This document shows positions 1 to 13,990 of a DNA stretch of 64,000 bases, one piece after another. Positions within the stretch are counted from its first letter, which is position 1, and every line of letters begins with the position of its first letter. Origin of the DNA: Stegostoma tigrinum (lineage: Eukaryota); the NCBI RefSeq assembly GCF_030684315.1, contig NC_081358.1, positions 69,935,817 through 69,999,816 of the forward strand, in the 5' to 3' direction. A program made the translations under genes and the position numbers. The notes beneath the pieces were generated by a model. That model had not been told where the DNA came from and searched no databases. It saw only the letters and a list, made by a program, of their open reading frames with translations.

Positions 1-199
1 TGTCCGTTCCTAAGAAAGTGAAAGAGAATGCAGGAGGACCTGAGTTTTTCAAACCCTGACTTAATTTGATGGGGATGAGTAAGATTACATGTTAACAGAT
101 TCTCTGTATGTCCTGGGACACTGTGACAGAACTGTGCTGGATGGTAGGGCAGAACCTGGAAGCTGCAGGAATGAGAGGCCAACCTCTTCCAGTGTCCAT

Positions 200-700
200 G
201 AAAGTGACGTCAGCTTTAAAGTGCAATATGACTGGCCCTGCCTGGGAGTGACGAGTGACCTGTGTAGGATCTCTGAGTTGTGCATTCACAATGTGTCAGG
301 ACAATAACTGATACCAAATGTTTCCAAGATCACACCAGTTCATTTCATTCCTGATGATGGAGTCAATGCAGCAGACTGGATGACAGGATTTGGGAAAAAG
401 CTGCTTCCCCCAGGTACAGGCTGTCATGAATTGTACACATATCTGATGCTTAAAGGGTCTGATCATAACACTGCAGAATGCATCAACAGGAGTGGGCTCC
501 ATTCTGTTAATGTTCAGGCAAACAGTGATTGCTTAACCAGAACCTTGAGATGTGTGTCCTACTACTCTGATAGTTGCCATGACGACTGCGTACTGGAACC
601 TGGCATGATTGAGGGCCCTGTTTGGCCGATAAGGTGAGTTACTCAGGGACAACAGATACCCACTGCAACCATGGCAATGGTTGTGCAACCTGCTGACACT
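200..700 (+). mobile_element. PIF/Harbinger DDE transposase fossil, N-terminal/catalytic part (frameshifted)
   Basis: Pieces translate as TSDLCRISELCIH..CVRTITD, QVQAVMNCTHI, NRSGLHSVNVQANSD...SCHDDCVL and LLRDNRYPLQPW. They occur in the order of Harbinger/HARBI1 motifs (DLCGISQ, GAIDCTH, NRKGFHSLNVQ, GSCHD, LLGDSGYPL). Confidence 0.8.
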
Positions 701-959
701 CAGAACCCCCTCATCTCAGCTTTGCAATCTACCACTATTCAGGTAGTAGTGGAGAATTTAATTTCTGCTCACATTATACTCATTTATCAGGTCTTTATTC
801 ATTCCCTTAACCTAATCCTTCTTATGTTCTCTTCACAGCATACTTTCCTAATAATCATTGTATTTAGCAACTCATTCTTCAGTCTCTTCATCTAAGTTAT
901 TTATATAAATTGGAAAAAGTTGAAGTACTAGCATTGATCCTGGTAACATGTCACTCATT

Positions 960-1750
960 ACATCTTAGAAACCAGAAAATACCTGCTCTCTTGTTTCCTG
1001 TTAGCTAGCCAAACTTCCAACCATATCAGTTTCTAACATCTTTCCCTATTATCTTCGATTTTCTGCAATTATCTTTGACATGGTGCATTATCAAATTTGT
1101 TCTGGAAATCTAAGTAAAATATATCCACCAGTTCCTCCTTAACCACAGCACGTTACTTCCTCAACAAACTCTAACAGTTTGGCTAATCATAATTTTCTTT
1201 CACAAAATCATGTTGGCCTTGGCTGGTTACTTTGAATTTTCCTAAGTGCCCTGTTATAATGTCTTTAATTATAGCATCAAACACTTCTACTATGATATAT
1301 GTTAATCTAACTGGCATGTTCTTTCCTGATTTCTGTCTAACTTACTCTTTTAATTAAGGTATGCTTTTAAAATATAATAAAATCTTCCCTGAATCTGAGG
1401 AAAATTTTGTTAACTTAAAGCCAATGCATCAATTATCTCATTAGGTAATTCTCTTAAGACCTGAGAAAAAAGTCCATTAAGCCCTCTCAGTGTCACTTCT
1501 CTAGTGCAATGCAGTTTCTATTTTGAGTTCCTCCCCCTTTTTAATTTGCTGATTTACACTTTTTTTGGGATGTTACTTGTGGGATGAATAGAAAATACTT
1601 ACTAATTTGCGGTCTCCTTAGTTTTAATAACTAAATCCCCAGACACACTTTCCTTAGGACCGATCTAACTCTGTTGCTTATAAAACTTTAAAAAATGATC
1701 AATAAGAATTTTTACTATTTGTTCTTATGAGCAACATCTTAAGTTATTTT
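960..1750 (-). mobile_element. Old CR1 LINE ORF2 fragment
   Basis: Degenerate similarity to the younger minus-strand CR1 copies in this window (RT N-terminal region). Confidence 0.6.
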
Positions 1751-2304
1751 GTTGAGTTTGTTTGAAGTTTCTTGCCTGATTAACTATCTATGCAGTTCTT
1801 ATCGCACCACTCTTACCTGATTTTAGCTCCATCTTACCACTCACCATTCCTGGAATAATTCACAACTCAGTAGATATCAGTTAAGAGGCTGGCATCCCTG
1901 GCATACATGCCATCTTGGAATGGTGTCTATGCTCGTACACGAGTCTTGGCTGACACTTTCTTGCACTCACAGCCCCTTTCTGTCACCCCAGTCACTGTTT
2001 AACCAACCAGCATTACAGTTTATCTGTCTTTTGATAATCCAGTCTAAGCACCATCTAGAAATCACCACTACACTATTCCCAAAGCCCACTGTCGACCCAC
2101 ATCTGGTCATTGTCCAGGGAGTGAACATCACATACAGGCAAACAATTGGACAATTCAAAACATGATCTTCTAAATAAAGTGTCAGTAAAAGTGAATATAA
2201 CAAACTAAACAGAGGCTAATGTTTGCCTCTGTAATGTAAACTAAATGCTGGCATCGTGACCAATAACTATTTTGCATTCTGTAATGGTCGGTGGCACATA
2301 ACTC

Positions 2305-2545
2305 TCATCTGCTGGAACTGGGTGTCAATTAGGTCTTGTCTGAGCTTCCTCTTCCTCACAGTCCTCATCCTCCTTGGACTGCAGAATACAGCAGGCCAGA
2401 ATAGTGAGGCATGCGCTAGCTGGACTACACTGCAGCACCTCCACTACACCAATCCAAGCAGTGGAACCTTATCTTTAGAAGCTCGATCATCTGCTTCATC
2501 ATGGCCTCGGTCAAAGAATGGGCAACATTGTATCCGCACTCTGTG
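2305..2545 (-). mobile_element. PIF/Harbinger transposase fossil, C-terminal part
   Basis: Minus strand reads TECGYNVAHSLTEAMMKQMIELLKIRFHCLDWCSGG, then after a frameshift LQCSPASACLTILACCILQ, an acidic tract KEDEDCEEEEA and RQDLIDTQF. This matches the Harbinger C-terminus (YNxAHxxTRxxIExxxGxLKxRFRCLD..GG.LQY.P......ACCxLHN). Confidence 0.8.
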
Positions 2546-2865
2546 GGTTGACTTGTGAGGAAAGACTGAACAGCTAGGCTTGGAGTTTAGAAAAGTCAGC
2601 AATGATTGGATTGAAATTTTTGATATCCTGAGGGGTCTTGACAGGGTGAATTTGGAAAAGATGTTTTCTATTGTGGGAAAATCCAAAACAAGGGAGTGGT
2701 TTAAAATTAAAGATTTAAGATGGATATGAGAATGTTTTTTCTCATAATAATGGTGCATGAGTCTTTCCACAAATAGGCAGTGCCAACAAAGTCCCTGAGT
2801 TTTTTTCTGAGCAAGATTTAAATAGATTCTTGTTCAGCAAGGGGTGAAAGTTTATTGAGGTAGGT
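2545..2865 (+). mobile_element. CR1 LINE 3' ORF2 fragment
   Basis: Degenerate YEERL..LEFR..FDILRGLDRVNLEKMF..VGKSKTR motif of the CR1 ORF2 C-terminus. Confidence 0.7.
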
Positions 2866-3712
2866 TCCTTCCAGATGCCAATTCTAATCTGAAATAAAAT
2901 TGGCAAGTACTGGAGAAACTTAGGTTTGATGACATCTAGAAGCTAGTATCTGACAGCATCTGATATGACTCCTTCAGAACAGTTCTGAATTTACTGTTTT
3001 GGAAATTATACTTTAATATATATGAAGTCATTAGCACTCATAGAGCCCAAGTAAAGGGTCAAACCCAGCTGCAACTTTCAGTCGAATTTTCTGTAATGGG
3101 AAACACCCTGCTTTGAGAATGGAAGGTTGTAAAATCAGTCATAACGTTCTAATCTCATACTGGCTTATTTCAAAAGGCGGTTTTAAATAACGAGTAATTA
3201 CATTTTTCTTATGCATTTGACATTACCTTTTAAATTTTTGAAGATAGAAATTTTAAATGCCTTAACACTTTTTACAGTTGCTTTTGACAGTTATTTTTTA
3301 ATCTGTCACAGTTGCTTTTGACAGGATTGTCATTTCCAATGGCATTTCCAATGAACTTGAAAGTTGATCAGTTAGCGTATCTTTTTAGCACATTGATATC
3401 AACTTTTAAGTATTATTATGGCATCTTGCCTCTCTCATAACGTCTTACGTCTCCTAATGATGTCCAGGGTATGTCTTAGCTCTTGAATGGGATATAAAAG
3501 CCTAAGCCTAACTTTTTGACCTTTACAATCAGTTTCAACTTCAGTAACATGCCAACTTAGAGTTCTGTAACAAATATGCTTCCAATTTTGCTACACATGG
3601 CAACAAGAAAACCATTTTTCTCTGCTTTTGTATGTTACCCAAAATTAAGCAGAAGAGTTCATGTGTCATGTGAGACAATGTTCACTGTTCATATCCATAT
3701 GTTTTTTTTAAG

Positions 3713-3882
3713 CCATGAATTACACATGAAAAATGACATTCGTCGGAATTTACTAGATGATGGTACCTTGATGATTCAGAATGCACAGGAATCTGACCAA
3801 GGAACATATCAGTGCATGGCCAAAAATGAATTGGGAGAGGCCACAACTCAAGGCGTTTTACTACGATACTTTGGTAGTCCAA
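3713..3882 (+). CDS. Peroxidasin-family (PXDN/PXDNL) internal coding exon, C-terminal half of the first Ig domain
   Basis: Acceptor tttttttaag at 3703-3712 and donor gtaag at 3883. Encodes [56 protein letters not shown], matching the peroxidasin motif [26 protein letters not shown]...LRYFGSP. 170 bp, phase 2 to phase 1. Paralog not resolved, so no symbol given. Confidence 0.95.
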
Positions 3883-4224
3883 GTAAGAATCAACAACTTT
3901 AGTGTGTTGTTTGTTTCTTTCCTGTTTTATTTATTCATTTTTTTCTTACAGCTGCTTTAACTTGAATTCTAAAAGAGATATTAAGCATTTTTTTGTTATT
4001 TTTCAGGCTTTTTTTTCTTTCTTTGTGGAAAAACTGTGAGATAACGATAGTGTTTTTTTTAAAAATAAAGTCATGGTGCACTGCTCTTAAAATAAACCCA
4101 TAGCAATAGATATTAAAGACTTGTATTAAAACTAGTTTGCAGAATTTCCCAAATCACTACTTACTGTAACTAATATAATATGGGTCACCCACTCATAGTA
4201 AGGCAGAGTGACTACAATACCTCA

Positions 4225-7200
4225 AGAAATAGGAACAGACTATTCAGCCCCTCAAGCCTGTTCTGCCATTAAATAAGATCGTGGCCACATTCCTGCCTCT
4301 TCCTTGTAACCTTTGATTCACCAACTGGATCAAGAATGTACACATCTCAGCCTTAAATATACACAAGAATTCTGCTCCCATCTCTTTGTGTCGCAAAGAT
4401 TTCCAAAGACCCTGTGAGAGAAGGCTTTCTCCTCATCTCAGTCTTAAATTGGTGCCCCTTTATCTAAGTGTATACTTTCTGGTCCCTGACTCTCCTATTA
4501 GGGGAAATATTCTCTCAGCATTTACCCTGCCTGTTTAGCCTTTGTTCATAAGACAATCCCTCTATAGCAGGGATCATCCAAGTGAATCTTCTCTGAACTG
4601 TCTCCAGTGAAAGATAACTTTCCTTAAATAAGGAGACTAAAAGATATTACTGCAGGTATGATCTCATTAGCACCTTATAAAGTTGCAGTAAGACCCCCTA
4701 TTCAGACTCCAGCCCTCTTGAAATAAGGGCCAACATTCCATTAGACTTGTTTACATGCCACACCTGTGTGCCAGGTTTTTGTGTTTCATGCACAGCTATG
4801 CCCTGAGTCCCTTTGTGTTGCAACTTTCTGTAGTTTTTCTCCATTTAATTATTACTCTGATCTTTTGTTCTCCCTTCCAAAGTGAACAGCTTTGCATATT
4901 CCCACATTATACTCCATGTGCCAATTTTTTGCCCAGTTACTTAACCTACCAATAAGTCTGTGTAAACTGTTTGTATGCTTCTCACAACCTGCCTTTCTAC
5001 CTGTTTTTGTGTCGTCTGCAAATTTGGCCACAGTTCTTTCACTTCCTTCCTCCAAATCATTAATATATAGTGTAAATAGTTATGGTCACAGCACATATCC
5101 CTGTGGAATCCCACTGGTCACAGATCACCAACCAGAAAAAGAACTCCTTATCCTCACTTGTCATTCCCTGTTCGAAGCCAATTCTCAATCTATGCCAAAA
5201 CACTACCTCCAACACCATGGAATCTTATCATAAGACCTAACATTTTGTGAATTATCTTGTTGAATGCACTCTGGAAGCTGAAATTAAAAAAAACTACTGG
5301 TTCACCTCAAACCACTTTGGTTGAGACATCATCAAAAAACTCTCATAAATCAGTTAGACATGATTTCCCTTTCCTGAAGCCATGTTAACTCTGTTTGATT
5401 AGATTACGATTTTCCAAATGTTCTGCAATTACTTCCTAAATAATTGATTCCAATACTTTTCCAAAAACAGATGTTAGGCTAATCAGCCCGCTTTTTGCTT
5501 TCCTCTTTTTTTGAATAGGTGTGTCACATTAACAGCTTTTCAATCCTTTCATAATTCTCCAGAATCTAAGGATTTTGGGAAATTATAACCATTACATCTA
5601 CTATGGCATAACATCGAGGGCCGAAGGGCCTGTACTGTGCTGTAATGTTCTATGTTCTACGTCTGTAGCTATCTCCTTTAGGATCCTAGAATGCAAGTCA
5701 TCAGGGCCAGGTGACTTATTTGCCTTTAGCACCATTGGTTTGTCCGGTAATAGTTCTTTAGTAATAGTGATGGTACTTCATCAAATCCCTATAGTGTGTA
5801 AGCAGTCCATTCAGCCCACCAAATCCACAGCAAACCTCCAAAGAGCATCCCTCCCCCTACCCTATCCCTGTAACCCTGCATTTCCTATGGCTAATCCAAC
5901 TAGCCTGCGTATCCCTGGGCGCTATGGGAAATTTAGCACGGCCAATCCATCTACCCTGCACATCATTGTACTGTGGGAGTAAACCGGAGCATCCAGAGGA
6001 AACACACATAGACACAGTGAGAATGTACAAACTCCACACAGATGTTTGCCTGAGCCAAGAATCAGACATGGTTCCCTAGCACTGTGAGGCAGCAATGCTA
6101 ACAGCTGAGCCACTGTGCCACTGTATTTAATGCCTCCTCTGTATTCTTTGGTATTAATAGAATGCTTGAAGCATTTTGCAGTGCAAGGATTGATGCAAAA
6201 TATGTCTTTAACTCTTCTGCCATTTCCTTGTTCCCAAAGCCATCTCCTTATGTATATTTTCTAAGGGGACTATGTTCATTTGAAGAAAATTCAATTGTCA
6301 GATTTTGTATTTGTCATTAGTTAGACTTCATAGTTTATTTTCTCTCTTCATTATCTTTTTAATCTGCTTTTGTTGGAGTCTGAATTTATCCCAGTCTTTG
6401 GAACTGTCACTGATTTTGACCTCCTTATATGGTTTTTCTTTCAACCTAATACTCTCTTTAACCTCCTTGGTTGGCCATGGTTGGTTTATCCCAGTCTTAG
6501 AATATTTCCTATGTACTGGGATGTACTTTTGCTGAGAATCATGAATTACCTTCACAAATGTCAATCACTGCTTGCTTACCATCATTCCTGCCCAGCTCAC
6601 TTTTAGCTAATTTCATTCTCATTTCATTACAATTCCCTTTATTTAAGTTAAACACAGTTGTTTCCGACCAAAGTTCCTCCCTGTCAAACAGAATATTAAA
6701 TTCTATCATGCTATGATCGCTACTTCCTAGAAGATCATTTATTTAGAAGTTATTCATTAAATCTACTTCATAACCCATCACCAAATCCAAGATAGCCTGC
6801 TGCCTGGATGGCTCAATGGAGCTATCATTAATGCTCTTCATGAATTTGTTATTGTTAGCTTTTCCAATTTGAACATTAAAGCTGCTCATATTAATGCTGT
6901 ATTTTTTTTACATATTATTCTGTGTTGATTTATTGCATTTCCCATAGCTGGCTACAGTTTGGGGGTGGGTGGGGGGCGGGTGTGGGTCTGTACACTACTC
7001 CTACCGATGTCTTCTTTTTCTTTCTCCTCCACCAAAAATAGACTCTACATCATCTGAGACTAGATCATCCATCTCAACTATACTAATTTAATTTCTTCTT
7101 AACAGTGATATCCTGTCACCTTTTCTGTCCCTACTGCCTTCTGAGAGATAAAATATCCCTGAATGTTATGTTCCCTGTTTTGATCATCTTGTATCCATGT

Positions 7201-7260
7201 TACTGTAATGGCAATTAGATTGTATTCATTTATCTTGATTTGCATTATCGGATCCTTTTA
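4225..7260 (-). mobile_element. CR1 LINE, 5'-truncated and degenerate, interrupted by a SINE and a tiny CR1 3' end
   Basis: ORF 4852-5055 contains VAKFADDTKTG...LSNWAKNWHMEYNV. CR1 3' UTR near 4225; endonuclease/linker region at 6130-7260. Confidence 0.85.
5783..6121 (-). mobile_element. tRNA-derived V-SINE (HE1-like)
   Basis: Minus strand carries the A-box-like head gtggcacagtggctcag, the V-domain tttcctctggatgctccggttt and a CR1-like tail. Confidence 0.85.
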
Positions 7261-7414
7261 TTCATTTTGAGAATACGTCAGTTGATTTAAAATGAAGTTT
7301 GATTAGATTTGCAATTTAATCAGTAAGTTTACTTCCAGTTAGTAAGCAAAAAAAGTTAGAAATCCTTTCATTCTTCGTTTCAAAACCTGGAGGAACACGT
7401 GTGAGAGTTAGATC

Positions 7415-9705
7415 ATAAGACATAGGAGCAGAATTTAGGTCATTCAGCCCATTGGGTTTGCTCCGTCATTCAATCAAGGCTGATAAGTTTCTCGACTCCA
7501 TTTTCCTGCTTTCTCTCTGTAACCCCTGATCCTCTTGACAGTCAAGAACCTATCTATCTCCTTCTTAAATATACTCAATGAACTGGCCTCCATGGCCATC
7601 GAACTACCACTCTCTGGCTGAAGAAGCTTCCTCTTATCTCCGATGTAAAATGTCTTCCCTTTATTCTAAGGTTGTGCCTTCGGATCCCAGCCTCTCCTAC
7701 CAATGGAAACATCTTCCCAACGTGCACTTGTCTAGGCTATTAGGTATTCTATAAGTTTCAATTAGACCCACTGCATCGTTCTAAACTCCATTAGACCCAG
7801 AGTCCTCAAACGTTCCTCATATGTTAAGCTTTATATTCCTGGGACCATTGTCATGAACATCCTCTGAACCCACTCCAGGGCCAGTACATCGTTCTTGAGA
7901 TATGGGGCCCAAAACTACGCACAATACTCCAAATGTGGACTGAATAGACCCTTATGGAGCTTTAGAAGTATATCCCTGCTTTTATAGTTGAACCTTCTCA
8001 AAATAAGTGCCAAAGTTGCATTTGCCTTCCTAAATACTGACTCAACCTGCAAGTTTACCTTGAGTGAATCCTGGACTAGAACTACCAAGTCTCTTTGCCC
8101 TTCAAACTTCTGAATTTTCTCCCTATTTAGAAAATAATCCATGCTTCTATTTTTCTTACCAAAGCTCATGACCTGACACTTTCCCGTGTTGTACTCCATC
8201 TGCCACTTCTTTGCTCACTCTCCCAATCTGTCCAAATCCTTCTGCAGCCTCCCCGCCTCCTCAATACTACCTGCCCCTCTCCATGTCATTGTATCATCTG
8301 CAAAATTAGCCAGAATTCCCTCAGTTCCTTCATCTAGTTCATTAATGTGTAAAGTGAAAAGTTGTGGTCCTCACACTGACTCGTGCGGAAAATCACTTGT
8401 CCTCAGCTACCATCCTCAGAAAGACCCTTTTAACACCACTCTCTGCCTTCTATCTATGCTAGTATCTTGCCCCTAACATCATGGGTCCTTACCTTACTCA
8501 GCAGCCTCTTGCGCAGCACCTTGTTAAAGGCCTTCTTGAAGTTTAGATAGAGGACATCCATTGGTTCTCCTTGTTCTAACCTGGTCGTTACTTCCTCAAT
8601 GACTTCAGACAGATTTGTCAGGCATGACCTCCTCTTGATGAAGCCATGCCGACTTTGCCCTCTTTTACCATGCATTTCCAAGTATTCAAAAATCTCATCC
8701 TTCACAATGGACTCTAAAATCTTACCCACAACTGAGGTTAGGCAAGTTGGCCTGTAATTTTCAGTCTTTTGCCTTACTCCCTTTTTAAACAGGTCTGTCA
8801 CATTATTGATTTTCCAGTTCTATGGGACCCTCTCTGACTCTAATAATTCCTGAAAGATCACCACTAATTTCTCCACTGTCTCTTCAGCTATCTCCTTAAG
8901 AACTGCAGGGTCTAGCCTATCTGTTTGTGGATTATTTAGCCACTTCTGGCCATGCAATTTTTTGTAGCACTTTCTCCTTGGTGATGGCCGTCATATCCAG
9001 CACTGCCCCTGACTCTCTTGAATTTTTGGGATATTACTTTTGTCTTTCACTGTGAAGACTGACGCAAAGTAATTAATCAGTTCCTCAACCATTTCCTTGT
9101 TCCCCACTATTATCTCTCCAATGTCATTTTCCAGTGGCCCAATGTCCACTTTTGCCTCTCTTTTTCCCATTATGTATCTACAGAAACTATTACGGTTGTC
9201 CTTTATATTACTGGCTAGCTTACCCTCATCTTTAATCTTCTCCTTCCTTTTTCTTTTTTTATTGCTCTCTGTAGATCTTTGTAAACTTCCCAATCCTCTG
9301 GTTTTGCACTGCCCTTCGCCACATTATGTGCTTTCTCTTTTACTTTACGCTATCACTAGTCAGTCATGGTTGTCACATCCTCTCTGTACCATGCTTCTTT
9401 TTCCTATGGATGAATGTTTGCTGCGTCTCCTGAATTACTCCTAGAAACGCCTGCTATTGCTGTTGGCTGGCTTTCCTGCTAAGATCCTCTGCCAGTCAAT
9501 TCTGCCCAGCTCCTCCCTAATGCCTCTGTAGTTGCCTTTATACAGTTGTAATACTATTACCTCTGATCCTATCTTCTCCCTTTCAAATTGCAGAGTAAAT
9601 TCAACCATATTATAATCACTGCCTCCTAAGAGTTCCTTCATCTTAAGTTCCCTTATTAAGTTTGCCTCATTGCACAACACTAAGTCCCGTATTGCTTGTT
9701 TCCTA
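7415..9705 (-). mobile_element. CR1 LINE ORF2 (RT) plus 3' UTR, degenerate
   Basis: ORFs 7915-8199, 8454-8801 (NYRPTCLTSVVGKILE..SCLTNL), 8991-9293 and 9441-9680 are consecutive CR1 ORF2 segments. Confidence 0.92.
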
Positions 9706-10091
9706 GTGGTTGAAAAGGGAGGGGAGTGAATTTTAATTGTGGTTCTGTATGTGATCTGAAATATGCTAATGCAAGTTTCATGGAAATCTCTGAGAATATA
9801 ATTAAGGGTGCAGTTGTGGTAACATCCTTAGATGGTAGAGTAAAAAAAAATTCAGCTGCTCCACAGGTGGATAATAGCACCTCTGGGTAGATTGATTCCA
9901 AAATATCTGTAATTGATTCAGTCATTTTTCTATGTCATGGTGTTTTCAGGTCAAATTAATATAATCTGCATAACTGTTGAAAAAAATGGGTCAAACTTGT
10001 GAAGTTTGAGAGGCAATTCAAAAGTATTCAAATTCAAAACCCTCCAACTCCTTGGATCTCCAATGGGCCTATATTAAAATGAGCAATGAAC

Positions 10092-10926
10092 GATAAGTAT
10101 GGAGCTGAATGAACCATCCACCATCCCAGGCCCCAGGAAGACTTTCCACATCAAGCAGACATTCACCTGCACATCTGCTGATGAGGTATACTGCATCCGC
10201 GGTACCCTTGTGGCACCCTCTACATTGGGGAAACCAAGCAGACGCCTGGGGACTGCTTTGCAGAACACCTACGTTTGGTTCACAATAAACTGCTGCACCT
10301 CCCAGTCGTGAACCATTTCAACTCCCCCTCCCATTCCTTCGATAACATGTCTATCCTGGGCCTCCTGCAGTGCCACAACGTTGCCACCCAAAGGTTGCAG
10401 GAACAGCAACGCATTCCGCCTGGGAACCCCACAGCTCAACGGTATAAATGCGGATTTCACAAGCTTCAAAATCTCCCCTCCCCCTATTGCACCCCAAAAC
10501 CAGCCCAGCTCATCCCCACCTCCCTAACCTGTTCTTCCTCTCACCTATCCCCTCCTCCCACCTCACGCCGCACCCCTATTTCCTACCTACTATCCTCATC
10601 CCGCCCCCTTGACCTGTGCATCCTCATCGGATTGACCTATCCTCTCCCTCCTCCCCACTTACTCTCACCTCTACTGGCTCCATCCCCGCCTCTTTAACTT
10701 GTCTGTCTCCTCTTCACCTATCTGCTCCTTTATCCATCTTCGATCTGCCTCCCCCTCTCTCCCCATTTATTTCAGAACCCTCTCCCCATCCCCCTTTTCT
10801 GATGAAGGGTCTAGGCCCGAACCGTCAGCTTTTGTGCTCCTAAGATGCTGCTTGTCCTGCTGTGGTCATCCAGCTCCACACTTTTGTTATCTCGGATTGT
10901 CCAACATCTGCAGTTCCCATTATCTC
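10092..10926 (+). mobile_element. Penelope-like element 3' end (GIY-YIG endonuclease, pLTR, tail) with a very short inverted 5' arm
   Basis: TFHIKQTFTCTSADEVYCIR...YIGETK-like GIY-YIG sequence. Ends in the same tail (...catctgcagttcccattatct) as the other family-A copies. Hammerhead-like ctgatgaagggtctaggcccgaaccgtc at 10799. Confidence 0.88.
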
Positions 10927-11499
10927 CGAATGATTGGTAAGTCATTGCTGGCTAATCGAATTCTCTGAACCATCACTTGCTTCAATAAATTTTCTTGAAA
11001 CTTTCGTTACTGTTCAGATTTTGAATGGCTTGATCAGTTCTTCATAACCATTTTGACTGTAGTAAAAGACCACATTATTGTATTGTCATGTTCCGATGCG
11101 ATTGATGTTATATTGTTTTTAAACAAATCTGAGAAAATTAGCAACCATCATTTTATAAAGAACATGTATTTTAAAACGTTTCTTATTCCTTTTTTCTGTG
11201 ATGCCATCTGATGCTACTAATTAATATCCCAAAAGCACAGATCTTGCTTATGATAACGTTAACTGACCTTGTGTGATCTAAAAGTAATATACAATGGGGA
11301 CTCTGAAGAGCTGAATTTTTCTCTGCTGCTCCATCCACAATTGACAACCTAGAAATGTGGAAGAATTAGACAAAGCGTTTCTATCTGGATCTCGTTTTTG
11401 TTCCTCCTCCCACTTCTGGATAGCCTATTCCTATTTGTTCTATGTAACTATAAGTGGCTGTTTTTGGTCCCAGATTTCTGTCCGATTTCACTCTTTATT

Positions 11500-13473
11500 A
11501 GAACATAGAACAATACAGCCCAGAACAGGCCCTTTGGCCCTCGATGTTGCACTGACCTGTGAACTAATCCAAGCCCATCTCCCTACACCATCCCATCATC
11601 ATCCATATGCTTATCCAAGGACTGTTTGAATGGCCCTAATGTGGCTGAGTTAACTACATTTGCAGGCAGGGCATTTCATGCCCTAACACCCTCTGAGTAA
11701 AGAACCTGCCTCTGACATCTGTCTTAAATCTGTCACCCCTCAGTTTGCAGCTGTGCCCCCTTGTACAAGCCAACGTCATCATCCTCGGAAAAAGACTCTC
11801 ACTGTCCACCCTATCTAATCCTTTGATCATCTCGTATGTGTCTCTTAAATCCCTTCTTAGCCTTCTTTTCTCCAATGAGAACAGGTCCAAGCCCCTCAGC
11901 CTTTCCTCATAAGACCTTTGCTCCAAACCAGGCAACATCCTGGTAAATCTCCTCTGCACCTTTTCCAATGCTTCCACATCCTTCCTGTAATGGGCCAACC
12001 AGAAATGTACGCAATATTCCAAATGAGGCCACACTAGCATTTTGTACAGTCGCAGCATGACAACATGGCTCCGGAACTCAATCTCTCTACCAATAAGACT
12101 TAACACACCATATGCCTTCTTAACAGCACTACAAACCTGGGTGGCAGCTTTCCGGGATCTATGTATATGGACACCAAGATCCCTCTGCACATCCACAATA
12201 TCAAGAATCTTTCCACTGAAGCAGTATTCTGCCTTCCTAATATTCCTCCCAAAGTGAATCACCTCACATTTATCTGCATTGAACTCCATTTGCCACCTTT
12301 CAGCCCAATTCTGCAGTTTATCCAAGTCTCCCTGCAACCTGTAACATTCTTCCACACTATCCACCACTCCACCGACTTTAATGTCATCTGCAAACTTACT
12401 AACCCATCCACCTATGCCTGTGTCCAAGTCATTTATAAAAATGACAAACAGCAGTGGTCCCAAAACAGATCCTTGTGGCACACCACTAGTAACTGGACTC
12501 TAGGCTGAATATTTTCCATCAGCTACCACTCATTGCCTTCTTCCAGAAAGCCAGTTTCTCATCCAATCTAAATCTCCCTCAATCCCATGCCTCCTCATTT
12601 TCTCCAATAGCCTACCATGTGGAACCTTATCAAAGGCTTTACTGAAGTCCATGTACACCATGTCAACTGCCCTACTCTCATCCACATGCTTGGTCACCTT
12701 CTCAAAAAACTCAATGAGGTTTGTGAGACACGACCTGCCCTTGACGAATCCCTGTTGACTATTTCCAATCAAACTGTTGCTTGCTAGATGATTATAAATC
12801 CTATCTCTTATAATCCTTTCCAAAACATTTCCTACAACAGACATAAGGCTGTCTTGTCTATAATTACCTGGGTCATCTCTACTGCCCTTCTTGAACAATG
12901 GCACAATCCTCCTGTCCTCTGGTACTAAACCTGTAGACAATGATGACTCAAAGATCAAGGTCAAAGGCTCCACCATCTCCTCCCTAGCTTCCCAGAGAAT
13001 CTTCGGAAAAATCTCATCCCGCTCAGGGGATTTATCTACCTTCACACCTTCTAGAATTGATAACACCATCTCCTTACTACCCTCAACCCTTTCAAGTCTA
13101 ATAGCCCGTATCTCAGCCTTCTCTTCTACAATATTCTCCTTTTCCTGAGTGAAAACAGATGAGAAATATTTGTTTAGCACCTCTCCGACCTCCACAGGGT
13201 CCACACACAACTTCCCACTTCTGTCTTTGACTGGCCGTATTCTTACCCTAGTCATCCTTTTATTCCTCACATACCTATAGAAAGCTTTAGGGTTCTCCTT
13301 TATTCTACCTGCTAATGACTGCTTATGTCCCCTCCTTGCTCTTCTTAACTCTCTCTTTAAATCCTTCCTAGCTAATTTGTAACTCTCCATCACCTCATCT
13401 GAACCATCTCATCTCAACGTCACATAAGCCTCTCTCTTCCACTTAACAAGAGATACAATTTCTTTAGTAAACT
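11500..13473 (-). mobile_element. Relatively young CR1 LINE, 5'-truncated (RT domain plus 3' UTR)
   Basis: ORFs 12530-13393 and 11654-12481 carry PQGSVLGPLLF, FADD and SCLTNLIEFFE. 3' ttctatg-type tail at ~11500. Candidate TSD tctttatt at 11492-11499 and 13474-13481. Confidence 0.95.
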
Positions 13474-13880
13474 TCTTTATTGCCTTCTATATCAAATATT
13501 AGCTTTCTATATTAACTTCTAAATTAAATTTATTTATTGCCACTGTCTCTATAAACCCAAGGACACCCAGAGAAAGTTAGAGATATTCTGAGGTAATAGG
13601 GATAAGTTCCCTAATTCGGTTCAAGAAGAGGATTGAATCATAGTCTGTTCCCATGTGACCGTCAGTGTAAATTAGATTATTTTGTTATTAGATCAGACTG
13701 TCAGCGTATTTTAGATACCACTCTTGGTTGGAGTCTAAATGAAGTGTTGTGCTTGTGGAGCTCTTCTTGAAGTTCTATTTGACTCTGCATTCATCTGTTC
13801 TGATGCTATTTAAAATGCTCCCCTCAATCATTTACAGAAGTTCCTATTCCAAATAATTCCAGAATAAAAAAAAGTTATTC

Positions 13881-13881
<1 letters not shown>

Positions 13882-13914
<33 letters not shown>
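13882..13914. repeat. (TG)n microsatellite
   Basis: Directly visible. Confidence 0.98.
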
Positions 13915-13915
<1 letters not shown>

Positions 13916-13990
13916 TACACCAGTAGAGCACAATTGAGAAAGATTAAAATAAACAACCCTGCTGCATTAACCATTTGTACTGAATATTTA

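Noticed and set aside
3576-3712. N-terminal extension of ORF 3576-3902
   Set aside because: Lies upstream of a clear splice acceptor; intronic read-through with no peroxidasin similarity.
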